A stretch of 64,000 nucleotides of DNA from Lingula anatina. Its lineage: Eukaryota; Animalia; Brachiopoda. Each line of letters opens with the position of its first letter. The first letter of the stretch is position 1. Below the pieces are notes generated by a model. It was given only the letters and a program-made list of their open reading frames with translations, had not been told where the DNA came from and searched no databases. Position numbers and translations under genes: made by a program. The stretch covers positions 41,952,788 through 42,016,787 of the forward strand of contig CM120640.1 of assembly GCA_051362555.1 (NCBI GenBank). Reading direction: 5' to 3'. Below, one piece after another: positions 1-12,760 of the stretch.

Positions 1-1220
1 TTCTACATATTTTGTACTTAGAATGCCTGCTCTTCTATCTCCCTACTGAAAAAAAAATTATCATCCTTTCTTGTTGGTCTTGTATAAAGGCATTTTAAAA
101 CAAATAATTTTGTTGCAAAGAAATACCTACTTCTGACTTAATCTAAACACAGGATTTTTTAAATCACCTGGTGAAAGCATATCCTGGCTCTAAACACTTT
201 GGATAGTAAAAAAAAAACTGGCATGTGCAGATACGTAGATACAAAAAATCCACAACTGAATGAGAACAAATGAATCAGGAAAAATGAATCCCAAATGCCA
301 TCTCATAAATTAATAACAATGAAGATTTGCCTTTAATCTAATAAATGGATCAGAAAATGTGTTGTTCCAGACTACCCAAGGGATTTTTTGTAAAAGGTAA
401 TTAGCACCCATGAATTAACGTCTGGAGCCATTAGCACCATAAGCTCATCTGTATGCTAATGTAATAAGTAGTCAGGTGAGTGAATGACAGTTTGTAGGGG
501 GCTTATATACTGCAGAGAAAAAACTACTGATAGACGAACTAGAGAGCAATCCTAACGTACATATCTATGCCCAGAAAAAAGGCAACAAAAATTTCTTATA
601 TTAGGATACCAGATTCAGTGAAAATTGAGACTGCTTCTTTCCCTGCTGAAAAATTGTCTAGCCTGACAATTAGATCAAAATATACGAAGAACTTTTCGTG
701 ATATATTGTCCACTAGTGACTTTCTAACAGACACATCAACACCAATGAAAACATAAGGTATAACTCACTTTAATAAAAAGCAACCACAGGTATAACAAAA
801 ACTGATTGCAGATGTAATATATTACATACTCCCCCCCCCCCCAAAAAAAAAAAAAAAAAAAAAAAGACACATTTGCATGGTAGCAGACATGCCATCCCAA
901 CACAGGAACAGTCCCCTCTATTGTGTAACTTGGTGGATTGATTCTTGGCGACTTCTCTCCTCATAAGATACATGGATGTGACACAGAACTGTCATAAAAG
1001 GTGCATTGATGGCGTGGGATATGGTTGGTACACAGAAGCAAAGTGACAATGATGAAAGCAAAATCCATTATGGAAATAATTCTTCCTGATAAATCATTTT
1101 ACTTTAAGAGCAAATGAAGTTATTGCCTGACATAAACAAGAAAGACAAAAATTAAAACTTTGTTTTGAAAAGTACTCGAGCTACTTCTACTGCAACCATC
1201 TTAATAAGAATACTTTTTCT

Positions 1221-1222
<2 letters not shown>

Positions 1223-1268
<46 letters not shown>
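1223..1268. repeat. poly(T) tract (~46 nt)
   Basis: Uninterrupted T run seen directly. Confidence 0.9.
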
Positions 1269-3173
1269 AGCACGTTTCCATCTTCACTTTGGAATCCTGA
1301 ATGTCATGTTTTCAAGTAATGAAATCACTACCAGTACTTAAATATTGCATTTTTACGCTATTAATTACTTTCCATTAATTAAATAATTCCTGAAGCAGAA
1401 GACTTTTTCCCTTCTCTCCACATCTATTGTTCATTTCCTGAATGGTAAAACTGATAAGGCTGCCTGATAGAACAAACTAATAGTTCATTTTTCTGCATCT
1501 GTTCAAATTAACTGCAAATCTATAATGGATTCACTTGGCTGTCAATGGGTTTCTATATGTTCTTGAAGAAATTCATTAGAAAAAGAATAAACCTTTTATA
1601 TACAAAATGAGGAAAAAAACAAGGAAAATCCCCGTCTTAACCAGTTCACTTCAATATCATTCTTTGTATTCTTCCCTTACACAGCCTTAATTCTATATTC
1701 ACATACAACAACTTCTGTGCTTTGCCCATGAAAAACAATACAAGAAACTCCAATTAGCAACAATGGGCAGTCCAGCAAATTAAAGTGTCTCTGGTGACAT
1801 ATCACTGCTGCCAAATGCATAGTTCACTGCAGCCTCCAAATCATTTAAACAGAAGCCAAGTCTTGATAATGGGTATCAAACCGACAGGGAGCTGTATTGC
1901 ACTGGTGCTGATCAAAGAAGACCAAATCCATAGTTTGTGCAACCATCTATTTGCTAAGTTATAGATGACCTTTCCAAAGGTTTACTTGATCAATTCCCCA
2001 TATCACCCAGGTATCTTATCTGTCAGAATAACAAATACTACCAGTTGCTTCTTGATCAGATAGCTCAATCATAACTCAGATGTATTTCCGTTAAGTCTAT
2101 TCAAAATCTGACATCTTGTGATGCCAGTAGGGGCAAGAATCCCCTCAGCTCCAGAGAAGGAGACAAGTGATACAACTACTTTGCATTTTTATTAAATGAA
2201 GGCCCTTGGTATCACTTCTCAAAAATAAAATAAAATCTAACCAATAGAATTACACCCAAATAACAAAAAACTTGACCCATATGATGATAAATCTAATAAG
2301 TGTGTTTAACTTAAGCATGATGTTGCAGAGTCCCTAAACTGAATGATGTATGACCACAAGTCACTCCTCACAGAAAGCTCCAGGAGCCAGTAAATGTATC
2401 TCAACAACTGCAATTAGCTATGAAGATAATCTTTAAAGCCATTGTGTTTAAATTTATTGCTTTCCCTCATATGAGAAGTCACAAACAACATTGCTACTTT
2501 GCTAATCAAAATTTATGAATTTCAAAGTACATCAAATTGTATATGTGTGTACACAAATACTTTTAATTTGTACATTCAAAATATGAAGCCTCGCAATTTC
2601 ATGTGATCTGGACTTCTTACAGAAAGTGCAATGCAGTTACAATGGGTAAAGTACTAGTAGGCTGCACAATATTTTTTTGTGTGTGTTAAAATAAACTGTA
2701 GACCATTTTTTAAATATATGTTTCTAACAAAAATTAAAAACAAATAGAGTTTAACAAAACCAAAGACATAAAAATGTGAATTTTTAGACAAAGCTATATA
2801 ATTACAGAGTTTATCTCTAGAAGACATTAAATCAGGACCATATTATATCACTGAAATTTCTAAAACAATATTTTTATAAACAATACTTCTTAAGTAATCT
2901 TTTTTTGAATGCATAATCACACAACAGACTTGATTCCTGTCCTCTTCCCAAGGCATGGTAAAAATCACACAAATGCATTGTTATGTTACCAGAAATACTT
3001 AGTTTGCACCTTGTTATAAACTGCATTTCAATGATCCAATATTCCACACTGTGAACTAAGGCACTGAGGTATGAATTAATCTTATGGCCTTTTAACATTG
3101 CCTTAACATGCAATATAGAAAATTCTATATATGGACCTAAGTACCCTTGCTGAAAAAAAGTTGCATATACGCT

Positions 3174-3227
3174 ACACACACACACACATGCACGTACGCA
3201 CACACACACACACGCACACGCACACAC
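3174..3227. repeat. Imperfect (CA)n microsatellite
   Basis: acacacacacacatgcacgtacgcacacacacacacgcacacgcacacacc; explains the spurious CVCV ORF 2874..3230. Confidence 0.9.
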
Positions 3228-3285
3228 CATAAGTCTATTTACTTACAAATTTTGACTTAAATTGTACATATTCTACATTTGTTAC

Positions 3286-4354
3286 CTCTAGGGCTTCTCT
3301 GATGTGCATGATGGCCCATGTACTACCCTCAATAAGACCCACTTTCACCAAAACCCACTTGATCATACAAACTGAATTGGTTACTCAATTTCACACTTCT
3401 TTAATTCGAACAAGCTGCACGTGAGCAGCCTGTTAATAAGACCCCAGGAAGTGTTTTTCATCAATGTAGCAAAGGCAAGGTTAGATGGCAGCTGACATAC
3501 AACCTAAGCTGCTGTCAAACAGTACAGAAAGTTGCACTTATACTTCGCTTGAATGCCTTATTCAAACCTGCTGTTTACATTTGTTTTAAGTCCTGGTAGA
3601 CTTGCGTCATTCGGATTTCTCCTCAGACCATGTTTGCTGTTTATGAAGGTCATCCCACTGAGGGTTACTGACATATCATGATCTGTGCGCTCTCAATGAT
3701 CATTCTACTGTATGCAATGGAAGAGGGCAGAGAGGGATCCTGACAGTTTCTAAACTTCCACTTCCTTTATTTAATGACAATATGAACAAAACATATGGCA
3801 GGAAGGTCCCAACTTCAAAGTCCTATTATCTGACCCATACTCAGTGCCACTGTTCATTACTCACAACTGAGAGCAACTTCTTTCTGCAGAAATTAAAATT
3901 TGTTCTTATGTTAAAATTATTCTAAAAATCCCCAAATAAGGTAAGACAATAATTAATTAATTAATAATACTGACAAGCGGACTTTCCATTGCTATTTTGA
4001 TTTTAGCAGGTTTACTTGTATATCATAACAGTTGATCTTTAACAGAAATTGGAGAAATGTGTAGAATTTCAATTTTTTTTCATTCTGCATGCCCATATTT
4101 TTAAGAGCAGGCCACACTGATACAAATAATGTTGATATCATCTAATCTAATTCAAATAGTCGAAGGATAATGTATAGGGGATGCAATGTGACGCTCACAG
4201 TTACTCAGTGACCATTAATTGTATTTCTACACATTGTTGTGCCAGAAAGAATTTAAATTGAATGCTCAAATGGGATGGGGTCCACTATGCAGCTTGCAAA
4301 TTGTTACAATTATGGAATAGCTATCTCTCTCTTTCTACCTGTGTGTGTGTGTGT

Positions 4355-4391
<37 letters not shown>

Positions 4392-4426
4392 GGAGCTTTT
4401 GCATAATTGTTACAAATATGGAATAG

Positions 4427-4461
<35 letters not shown>

Positions 4462-7400
4462 GTATGCGAACAAGTGCACACACAGACATTTGTATCAATT
4501 ACAAACTTGATGAAATACCTCCTTAATTATTACTAAAAAAAATACCTTGACCTGCACAAATATTTGCGAGTGTGCTATTTCAGTCAAATATATATCGATT
4601 ATGTGCATATGAAGATACAGACCTGGTGCTACCAAGTTATGAAAAAGTATACTTACTTTGCATCAAAAGCACATTACTATATTTTAACCTGTACATTACA
4701 ATTATTATGCGGGATCAAATTATTTTTTCTTCCTGTATGCATTAGTACAGATCTGTGGTGTAGTAAAAAAATCAAACCACAACTACACTCAAGGCATTCA
4801 CTGCATGATGGGGGTTTTATTCAATTTGTGCATGCTTAGTATGCAAGCCCTTGCCAAATGTTTGTACCACATCAGAAACACACTATTTTGGCAATGCTAC
4901 AGCACTGTTCATAGCTCAGGTTCAGATGCAATGCAAGTATTATAACAGAAATAAATGACACTTACCTTATCTTCCTTCAATTTTTCCAAAATCTGCTTGC
5001 CAAATGCAGAGTTCATTTAAAGCAAACTTAATGTGCTTTTTGCTAGAAGCATGGATTTGTGCAGTGAGGCAGTGTGGCACCAGCAGTAATACTTAGGCCA
5101 CGGGGCCGTGTGTCCACTGGGCCAAGCATGGAGTGAGAGACCTGCTGCAAACTTGGAGATGGTGAAATAGCACAACACATGTACAAAATGCACCCTTGAC
5201 TGTGTTGCAAAAATTCAGCATCAATAACACAATTTTATTTTCAACTATCCAGTCAGGATAATATCACACTACAACTAACTTCTTAACACAGTATTTTAGC
5301 CAGGTTTTACCTTTGAAAATTCTAAAAAAAAAAAAACTTTTTAATTTAAACAATTGTCAAATAACTTACCTCTCCCTCTTCTTCTTTCTTACTAACGGCT
5401 ATTTATGCTGCCTTGCCATGTAAGCTTGCCATCACATGGTTTCTGGCCTGTAAGAGAAATGCATGGAACAATGTACAATAAGCTGGAAGGCAGCTGTCCA
5501 AACTTAACCCTAACAGACACCAAGTCTGAGAGAGGATATGAAGATAAGACAGTATTTTTAAACCATATGGTAAGCCCATAGGGTAGGATACATATTTGAT
5601 TAGATACAGAATATTGCATTCTCAATAAAAACCCAATTGTTATAGAAATGAAATACTCTTAAAAATAAACCGGACCATAAAAAAAATTGTACATATATCT
5701 TTTAAGTACTTAATACTTAAAAGTATTCTTTTCTTTAACAATAACATTAACTAATAGAGATTTTGTATCAAGGCCACAAATTGCAATTTACAACTGTTGC
5801 TATCTATTTTCATTGACACTTAATTCTACCTTTAAAAAATGTTGCTGATGGGCATTAAGTTACTGCAGAATAAGTGAGGTATGAAATATCAAACTGTTGT
5901 CATTCCCTAAAGCAGCGTTAAGATCAATCTTAGCATATGGCTACAACATTCATTACACACACACACATACAATTTTAAAACTATTTTTGTAAATGGGATG
6001 CCTATTAGTAGAAATCTGAATCTGTTTGTTTGTTTCAGTCACCGTATTTGAAATCGATTTTAATTTATTTTCATTATCAACATCATTTTAAACATAAATA
6101 TTGAAGTTAAATATTTTACCAAGCTAGTCAAAATAACACTTATTTCTTATACTTTTAAAATAAATTTCCATTTCCTTGAAGCAACACAAAGAATTTGTGA
6201 AAATAATAATGTGAAAATATGCACCAGAAGTGTGTAAAGGTAATCCAGTATTTAAATACAGAATTATGAATAGATAACATTTTGGTTCCATTGTTGGGAT
6301 TACCAAATGCACTTAACCTTCAATCTTATCATACTGAACTTCCAACTTTTTTCCATCCAAAATTCACTTAGAATATTACCATTTTAATTGTGCTTCATTT
6401 ATCTATCAGATTAACTATTTTTTCTTTTATTTTTGTACCTGTACATTTTTTTAAATATCACTGTTATACAATATGCATACAAACAAGTAAACTCTACAAG
6501 TGCAGTAGTTTCACAAATAAGCTTTACATATTGAATATTCAAAGCATCTTAATCAGGATACAAAGCCAATAAGCTGGAAGTAAATCCTAATAAGCTTTGA
6601 ACAATAATTAACAGATAATGCAAAACCTACATGTTGCATCTCAGCTGCTTCACAATAATGGTGAAACTATTGCCCATATTTACTTTCTGAACATCCTTAT
6701 TTCTGTATTCAGTTTTGGGAGGTGGCCATACAACCACTGACGTTGTAAAATTTTAATCTTCTTGGCAGCAGTAATTACTACTAATCAATACTATGAGCAG
6801 AATAAGTAGAGAGTTTGCACCATATCTGACCTACCAGATAATTTGGAAGTGCACATTCACATGTGTTTTTGTGAGCATGCTATGAAAAAGAGGGCTGGGG
6901 GAGAGCTAATTTTTAAAGGAAACAGTGACTGTTTCAAATACTATGGATAATGTCACAATTGAGTAAGATCATATATCAAATATTTATTATGTATACTGAA
7001 AATATGAACCAAGTCTATTCATTAAGGTGATGTTCAGTACAAAATATCAAAAGGATGGCTTTAATCCCAATTCTTTCATTCTTTACTCTTCTGTCCATTG
7101 GATTGAAAAACTAATATCAGGAGGGCATTGTTTGCAAAAGTTGAGTCCTTTTATTCTGATGTGAACACAATGGTTCTGGAGCTATCTCAACCTCCGTGTC
7201 CTACAATTTCAGTATTTCATAGAGCATTAAATTTGAAAAAAGTTGCTGAAACCATTAATCAACATATAAATATTAGAGGGATTACAAATCTAAAATACTA
7301 CAAATGCCTATACTCAGTCAAACAGATGTACATAAAAGATACATATAATCCAAATGAATTCATTGCCTCTGCAAGACTACAATTAAAAGCAAGCATTAGA

Positions 7401-8300
7401 CAAAGAAAAAAATCTGAGCAAAGAGACCTTAAGTCCAAATTACTTGGATCAATCAAACTATTAAACAATGAATTTATATACTCAAAAATCAAAGTTTCTT
7501 CAATAAGATCAAGCTGCATTTTACAGTTGTAGGCACCTAGCTCTATCTTTCATGCATTAGCACAAATAGTACATATCAGACAGGAGTGCTAATCCATGAA
7601 ACTTTGTACTACTGAGGGAATATGTAACCCCCCTTATATATGTAATAAGGAACAGGCAGTTTTGTGGCCTGACACTGTATGGTGTTACACCAAAATTACA
7701 GACAAGTCTCAAAGATTAATTACTGAATGTGGGTTAATCTACAGTAATATGGTTTGGTTTACTTCTGGAATCCTTGGTATTGAACTGAACATTCAGTGGA
7801 TGGACGTGCAGAGAAACACTTACAGCTTATTTTATAAACTTCTAGTGCCGGTATATAATTATGAATATAATATCGGCGCTGACAAATTAATCGTGCAAAT
7901 GATGCAGTACGAATGACAGCATATTACAAGTTCATATTACACTGCTATTTATCTTTCCCTATTACTTACGTTCAGTAACGTCAAAATAGAAAGGTAAATT
8001 TAAGAACATAAATAAAAAACCTTAATTAATTACTGCTGAATATGATTACTTGAACTTATAATAATATGTGTTTATTATTTAAATTTTAAACTGATGCAGT
8101 GTAATTTACTGGAAGCATTCATACTCAGTATGTGAAACAAAAACGCTGCAATTACAGGTTTTAAAAACATTTTAATATGTTTTACATCATAAAATACGCA
8201 GGCACGTTTTTAACTATCTTTTAAATACTGTACCTGAGGGGTCATTCTTGACACCACAGCGTGACATTATTCGCCCACGCTTCTTTCAATGGTAATGTAC
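3286..8300 (-). ncRNA. Candidate spliced non-coding transcript (or long 5'UTR of a gene outside the window) divergent from RPS12
   Basis: Minus-strand splice signals: donor CAG|GTACAG at 8234/8233; exon 5370-5447 (TTTCTCTTACAG acceptor, GAG|GTAAGT donor); exon ~4966-5141 (AAG|GTAAGT donor); acceptor TTTCTGCAG at 3883; donor GAG|GTAAC at 3286. The two internal exons I translated have stops in all three frames. Confidence 0.35.
4340..4461. repeat. Compound microsatellite (TG)n(AG)n ... (CT)n(CA)n, mutually inverted
   Basis: Seen directly; each block is preceded by a duplicated aattgttacaa(t/a)tatggaatagct motif. Confidence 0.85.
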
Positions 8301-8491
8301 ACAATGGCCACGTGACTTTAGCTACGGGAATGAGAGAGGTGAGACACAATGAGTTCAAATTCAAATAGTAAAAAAATGGAATTGTGAAATTAACGATTGG
8401 AATAATATAATGTTACATGAATGAATTTCAATTTTCAGCTAGAGTTATTTAATACTTGCATCGCATTTACTGCTAAACTACGATGACCTGA

Positions 8492-8528
8492 CCTTTTTGA
8501 AGGTCGTTTTAACTTCGTCACAATCATT
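8492..8528 (+). promoter_or_regulatory. Probable RPS12 non-coding first exon with TCT/5'TOP start
   Basis: Pyrimidine tract CCTTTTTG at 8492, GTAAGT donor at 8529 and TTTTACAG acceptor at 8652 just ahead of the RPS12 ATG; typical of ribosomal protein genes. Confidence 0.65.
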
Positions 8529-8671
8529 GTAAGTGAGCTCCAAAAATCCACAAAAATCTTTATTGCAAAAGTAACATCGAGACATGATATTGTTTAAACA
8601 TATAAATAAATGTCTGTTCTTTTATTATTCATGACCATTTTTTATTTTACAGAAGGACGTCCGTGTTAAAA

Positions 8672-10704
8672 ATGTCTGACGCGGAAGGGTATGTTCTCTT
8701 TATTTCACGTGTCAGAAAATGCTATTTTAGCTATAAGTAATGCATATAAACAAAGGTGCTAGTCACATTCAGGAAAGAAATTATATTCACTGAATTTGCC
8801 ACGAGTTTATTATTAGCCAGCAGTATGAACAAAGACTCGGTATATTTCGAGCTGTCATGTTTGTAGAAACCGTGGCACATTGGCAGTCCCCCCCCCCCCC
8901 CCCCCGCCCTCACACATACCACTACCATATAACATCTGTGATATTCAGTATCTTTTTTAAATTAATTTGCTTTGATATTTTGAGTAAATGTCTGCTACTC
9001 AAATAAACGTATTGCGTAACTTTCTCAGAGATGATGTGCCAACTGCCTCTGGAGGTGGGCCCATGGACATCAACACTGCACTGCAGGAGGTGCTCAAGAC
9101 AGCTCTGATGCATGATGGTCTTGCCCGTGGTCTCCATGAATGTGCTAAGTCTTTGGACAAGTAAGTTTGTTACTGTAATTAGTTGAGATTTTTTAAAGTC
9201 TTGTCTTTTTCTAATACATAACTTTTTCAAATTTATCAATTTTAAATGCTCACAGAAAGTAATTTCTGACTGAAAGCCAACTCATTTTTCAGAAATTTTG
9301 AAATTATATCTTTAAGTAATACTAACAACTTGTGTATTTTGGAAAATAGATTACTGAAAGTCTGTAAAACTTGGTCGCAGTAGTAAAGGTAAGCATATTA
9401 TAATTAATTCATTATTGTAAAAGTAATTGAAAAGTAGAATAAAGTAGATATCTTTGATCTACTATAAAATATGTTTCTTCCTTTAGGCGTGAAGCACACA
9501 TATGTATTCTGGCCAGTAACTGTGATGAACCAGCATACGTAAAACTGGTAGAAGCTCTCTGTGCTGAACATGGCATTAGTCTCATCAAGGTATGTTCAGC
9601 TGAGAGATTTTAATTACACTGCCAAGTGTATAACATGTCCCTCCAAGGGCTTGGTATTCCTTTTCTTTAGAAACATGTTACAAGATTAGTGTGCTGCTAA
9701 TATAGTTATTAATAAAAATTGAACAGATTGAACAGGCTATTAATTGAACATTAAGCCAGCCTAAAACTTGATGAGAGGTCATATTCCTGGGGCTGAGAAG
9801 ATTGTTTTATCTTAGTGGGGTATATATTTACAAAATGTTTAATTTTTTAATTGGCCACGGGCCAGTATTATTTGACAAAGGATTAAACTTAATTTGAGCA
9901 AACTACATGTAGTAGTGCTTGCTTTAAAACATAATCTTGCACTAGTTGGACACTGGTAAACCTTAAAGGGTTAATTTTATTAAAAACAATATAAGGTGTT
10001 TAATATTTAATACAATTAAAAAACATTTCCAATAAAAGTGCTTGTAGTTGCAAACATGATTAGAATTCTTTTAATATGTATTAATGACAGTTTTATATCT
10101 TGGTCATTAGTGATTTCATATCTTGGTCTAATACAACAGTATGAACCTGCAGCAACAAATTTAATTTGTACAATCTATAGTGCAACCTTTCACATGTGGA
10201 TGTTTACCTTTGTATTTTAGGTTGATGACAACAAAAAGCTTGGTGAATGGGCTGGTCTGTGTAAGATAGACAAGGAGGGCAAAGCCCGTAAAGTTGTCGG
10301 CTGCAGCTGTGTTGTAGTCAAGGTATATATTTTGCTCTAAATTTGGAAAACTGGAAATTTTTTTTGGTGGACAGACATTTTTAACCACGTTTTCTTATGT
10401 TTGACTTCTTGTTTTGTGTTCTATATTGCCACTTTTGTCTGCTACTATTGAAAAATTATTCATCTGAAAGTGAATAAAGTCAATTATGGTGTTTTAGCAT
10501 GGTTGTTACAGATTTTATTTCTTAGAAGTAAAATTATGTGTAAGATATTGTTGGGAGAGGAATATTTCAGGCTAGTGTAAAAGCTTGTTTACAGCTGTCG
10601 ATTGTGTGTATTCAGCTGAAACATGTTTATTTTCACTTCAGGACTATGGAAAGGAATCCCAGGCCCTTGATGTGCTGAATGAGTACTTCAAGTCCAACAA
10701 GTAA
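8672..10704 (+). CDS. RPS12: 40S ribosomal protein S12 (eS12)
   Basis: Exons 8672-8688, 9029-9160, 9487-9589, 10221-10322, 10642-10704, all GT-AG. Translation [144 protein letters not shown] signals at ~10875-10890. Confidence 0.97.
9629..9753 (+). ncRNA. Intronic H/ACA snoRNA candidate, SNORA67(U67)-like guide for the 18S Psi1445-equivalent site
   Basis: Hairpin TAACATGT/ACATGTTA (9631-9680); box H AGATTA (9683-9688) 14 nt from the top of the 3' pocket strand; weaker second hairpin and ACA at 9748-9750. Pocket strands TGTCCCTC and AGAA are complementary to 18S CUUCU-UA-GAGGGACA. Confidence 0.6.
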
Positions 10705-11030
10705 ACCAAATAGCCGGTTGACTTAACTGCATTGACAGGTGTCAACAGTCTACTTGAAGATAAGAATGAACTGTTTTCAAATTGTCTTTCACCCAAGAAG
10801 ACTGTTGCTACATCAGGTGTTGAAAGTAGAATGTCATCAGTTTTTTTGCATTCTGTATGAAAAAAAATAACGAAAAATAAACAAATAAAAAGTGCATCAA
10901 TTGTGACAGTTTTTAATGTACAGACACGGCTTTTACAACGGTATCATGCTTTTTATGTACAGACACAGATGTGTCTGTACATATAGCCATCGTCTGCGTC
11001 TGTCGTCGCTGTCGTCGCCGTGCACTTTTA

Positions 11031-11660
11031 CCGATAACACGATAAGTGGAAAACCATTTTACCTTTTGACTTGAAACTTGCAGAACTGATGAATATTCAT
11101 AATACGCAGGTCAAGTTCGAAAATCAGCATGATCGGGTCACTTTTAGGGAATTTATGCTGTTTTTTTCACTTTTTTCAGCATATATGCAGCACCGATAAC
11201 ACGATAAGTGGAAAACCATTTTACCTTATTTGACTTGAAACTTACAGAACTGATGAATATTCATAATACGCAGGTCAAGTTCGAAAATCAGCATGATCGG
11301 GTCACTTTTAGGGAATTTATGCTGTTTTTTCACTTTTTTCAGCATATATGCAGCACCGATAACACGATAAGTGGAAAACCATTTTACCTTTTGACTTGAA
11401 ACTTACAGAACTGATGAATATTCATAATACGCAGGTCAAGTTCGAAAATCGGCATGATTGGGCCATTTTTAGGGAATTTATGCTGTTTTTTCACTATTTT
11501 CAATATAAATACAACACTGATAACACAATATAAGAAAAACGGATTGGCCAATTGTAATTATACTCACAGGGGTGGTCAATCTTACTAAAATGCAGGTTGA
11601 GTTCGAAAATCAGCATAATCGGGCCATTATTTTAGAAGTTATACTGTTTTTCACATTTCC
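11031..11660 (+). repeat. Tandem repeat, ~162-bp unit, 3 near-identical copies plus 1 degenerate copy
   Basis: CCGATAACACGATAAGTGGAAAACC recurs at 11031, 11193 and 11356; degenerate copy from ~11517. Confidence 0.92.
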
Positions 11661-12056
11661 TCAGATTCAATTATTAGGCATGTTAACAGTCTCATTATTT
11701 AACTAATAAGATGCCTAAAAGTGTTTGTTTGATATTTCCTGCATCTTTACAACATTGTTAGTTGATCATGTAAAAAACATGGTAAATTTGTTATCATGTA
11801 TTGTGTAATAAAGTGTCAAAAATGGAAATAAACTCATATCATTGCAGTTTGTCAGATTCAATCATCCACTATGTTCAGAATCTCAGAATGGAGGAAATTG
11901 GACATTTAACACTGTTCTATTGATACTTTTCCCATCTCATCAATTTTCTTAGTTGGTCATATAAAGTGGCAGTAAAATGTTTATTTTGTTTTATGTTAAA
12001 AAAGTGTTAAAAATGGAAATAAACCCATTTCAGAACAGTGCTGTCTTGTTTACATT

Positions 12057-12760
12057 TTGGCATTTTCAAGGCGTGACTTTGAAGTTCCATGGGCCTGAAG
12101 ACCTTTGCTAGTCACATTTTCTGAATATCTGTGAAACAAATATTTTATAATTAAAAATTGATGGTCATTAAGCTGTTAAACATTATGTAATATTGCATCA
12201 AAATTTGAAGAAACCCCTATTTTGGGCACTGCTTCCATGATGACCATTTAAGGAAAATCATGTCACTTACTGTTCTCAAACTTACAGGAAAGAAACATGG
12301 GACTAAAATACAGCTTCAGTAGGCAATGCAGTCTGTTTGGTATTTTTATTTATTTATTTTTTTTTTTTGGCAGTTAAACAGTTTTTTGTGAAAATATAAT
12401 TTTTCACATATTGGCATTTTCAAGGTGTGACTTTAAAGTTCCATGATCTTGAAGACTTTTGCTTGTCACATTTTCTGAATGTCCATGTTACTAATATTTT
12501 ATTAATAACATTTGATTGTCATTATGCTGTTAAACATTATGTAATGTTGCATCAAAATTTGAAGAAACTCCTATTTTGGGCACTGCTCCTATGATGACCA
12601 TTTAAGGGAAATCGTGTCACTTACTGTTATCAAACTTACAGGAAAGAAACATGGGTCTAACATACAGCTTCAATAGGCAACGCAGTCTGTTTGGTAAATT
12701 TTTGTGGCAATTTAACAGTTTTTTGTGAAAATTTAATTTTTCACTTATTTGCATCTTTAT
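12057..12760 (+). repeat. Tandem duplication, ~354-bp unit x2 (inside the HINE)
   Basis: TTGGCATTTTCAAGG(C/T)GTGACTTT at 12057 and 12411 with collinear downstream similarity. Confidence 0.88.

Noticed and set aside
1223-1268. Poly(T) as a retrocopy or SINE tail
   Set aside because: No TSD or recognisable element body adjacent.
2278-2345. C/D snoRNA-like boxes (ATGATGA...ATGATGT...CTGA)
   Set aside because: Only a 3-bp terminal stem, no rRNA complementarity I could identify and no plus-strand host intron.
7128-7916. ORFs of 134 and 106 aa
   Set aside because: No recognisable motifs or splice partners; composition matches the AT-rich background.
8797-8882. TGCCACG/CGTGGCA hairpin followed by ACA in RPS12 intron 2
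   Set aside because: No properly placed box H and no identifiable target.
9753-9835. Second snoRNA-like motif (CAGCC/GGCTG stem, AGAAGA, TGATGA..CTGA) in RPS12 intron 4
   Set aside because: Too short, mixed box types and an unconvincing target.
11031-11660. CRISPR-like array
   Set aside because: Whole units are repeated with no unique spacers, the context is eukaryotic, and it is the HINE satellite core.
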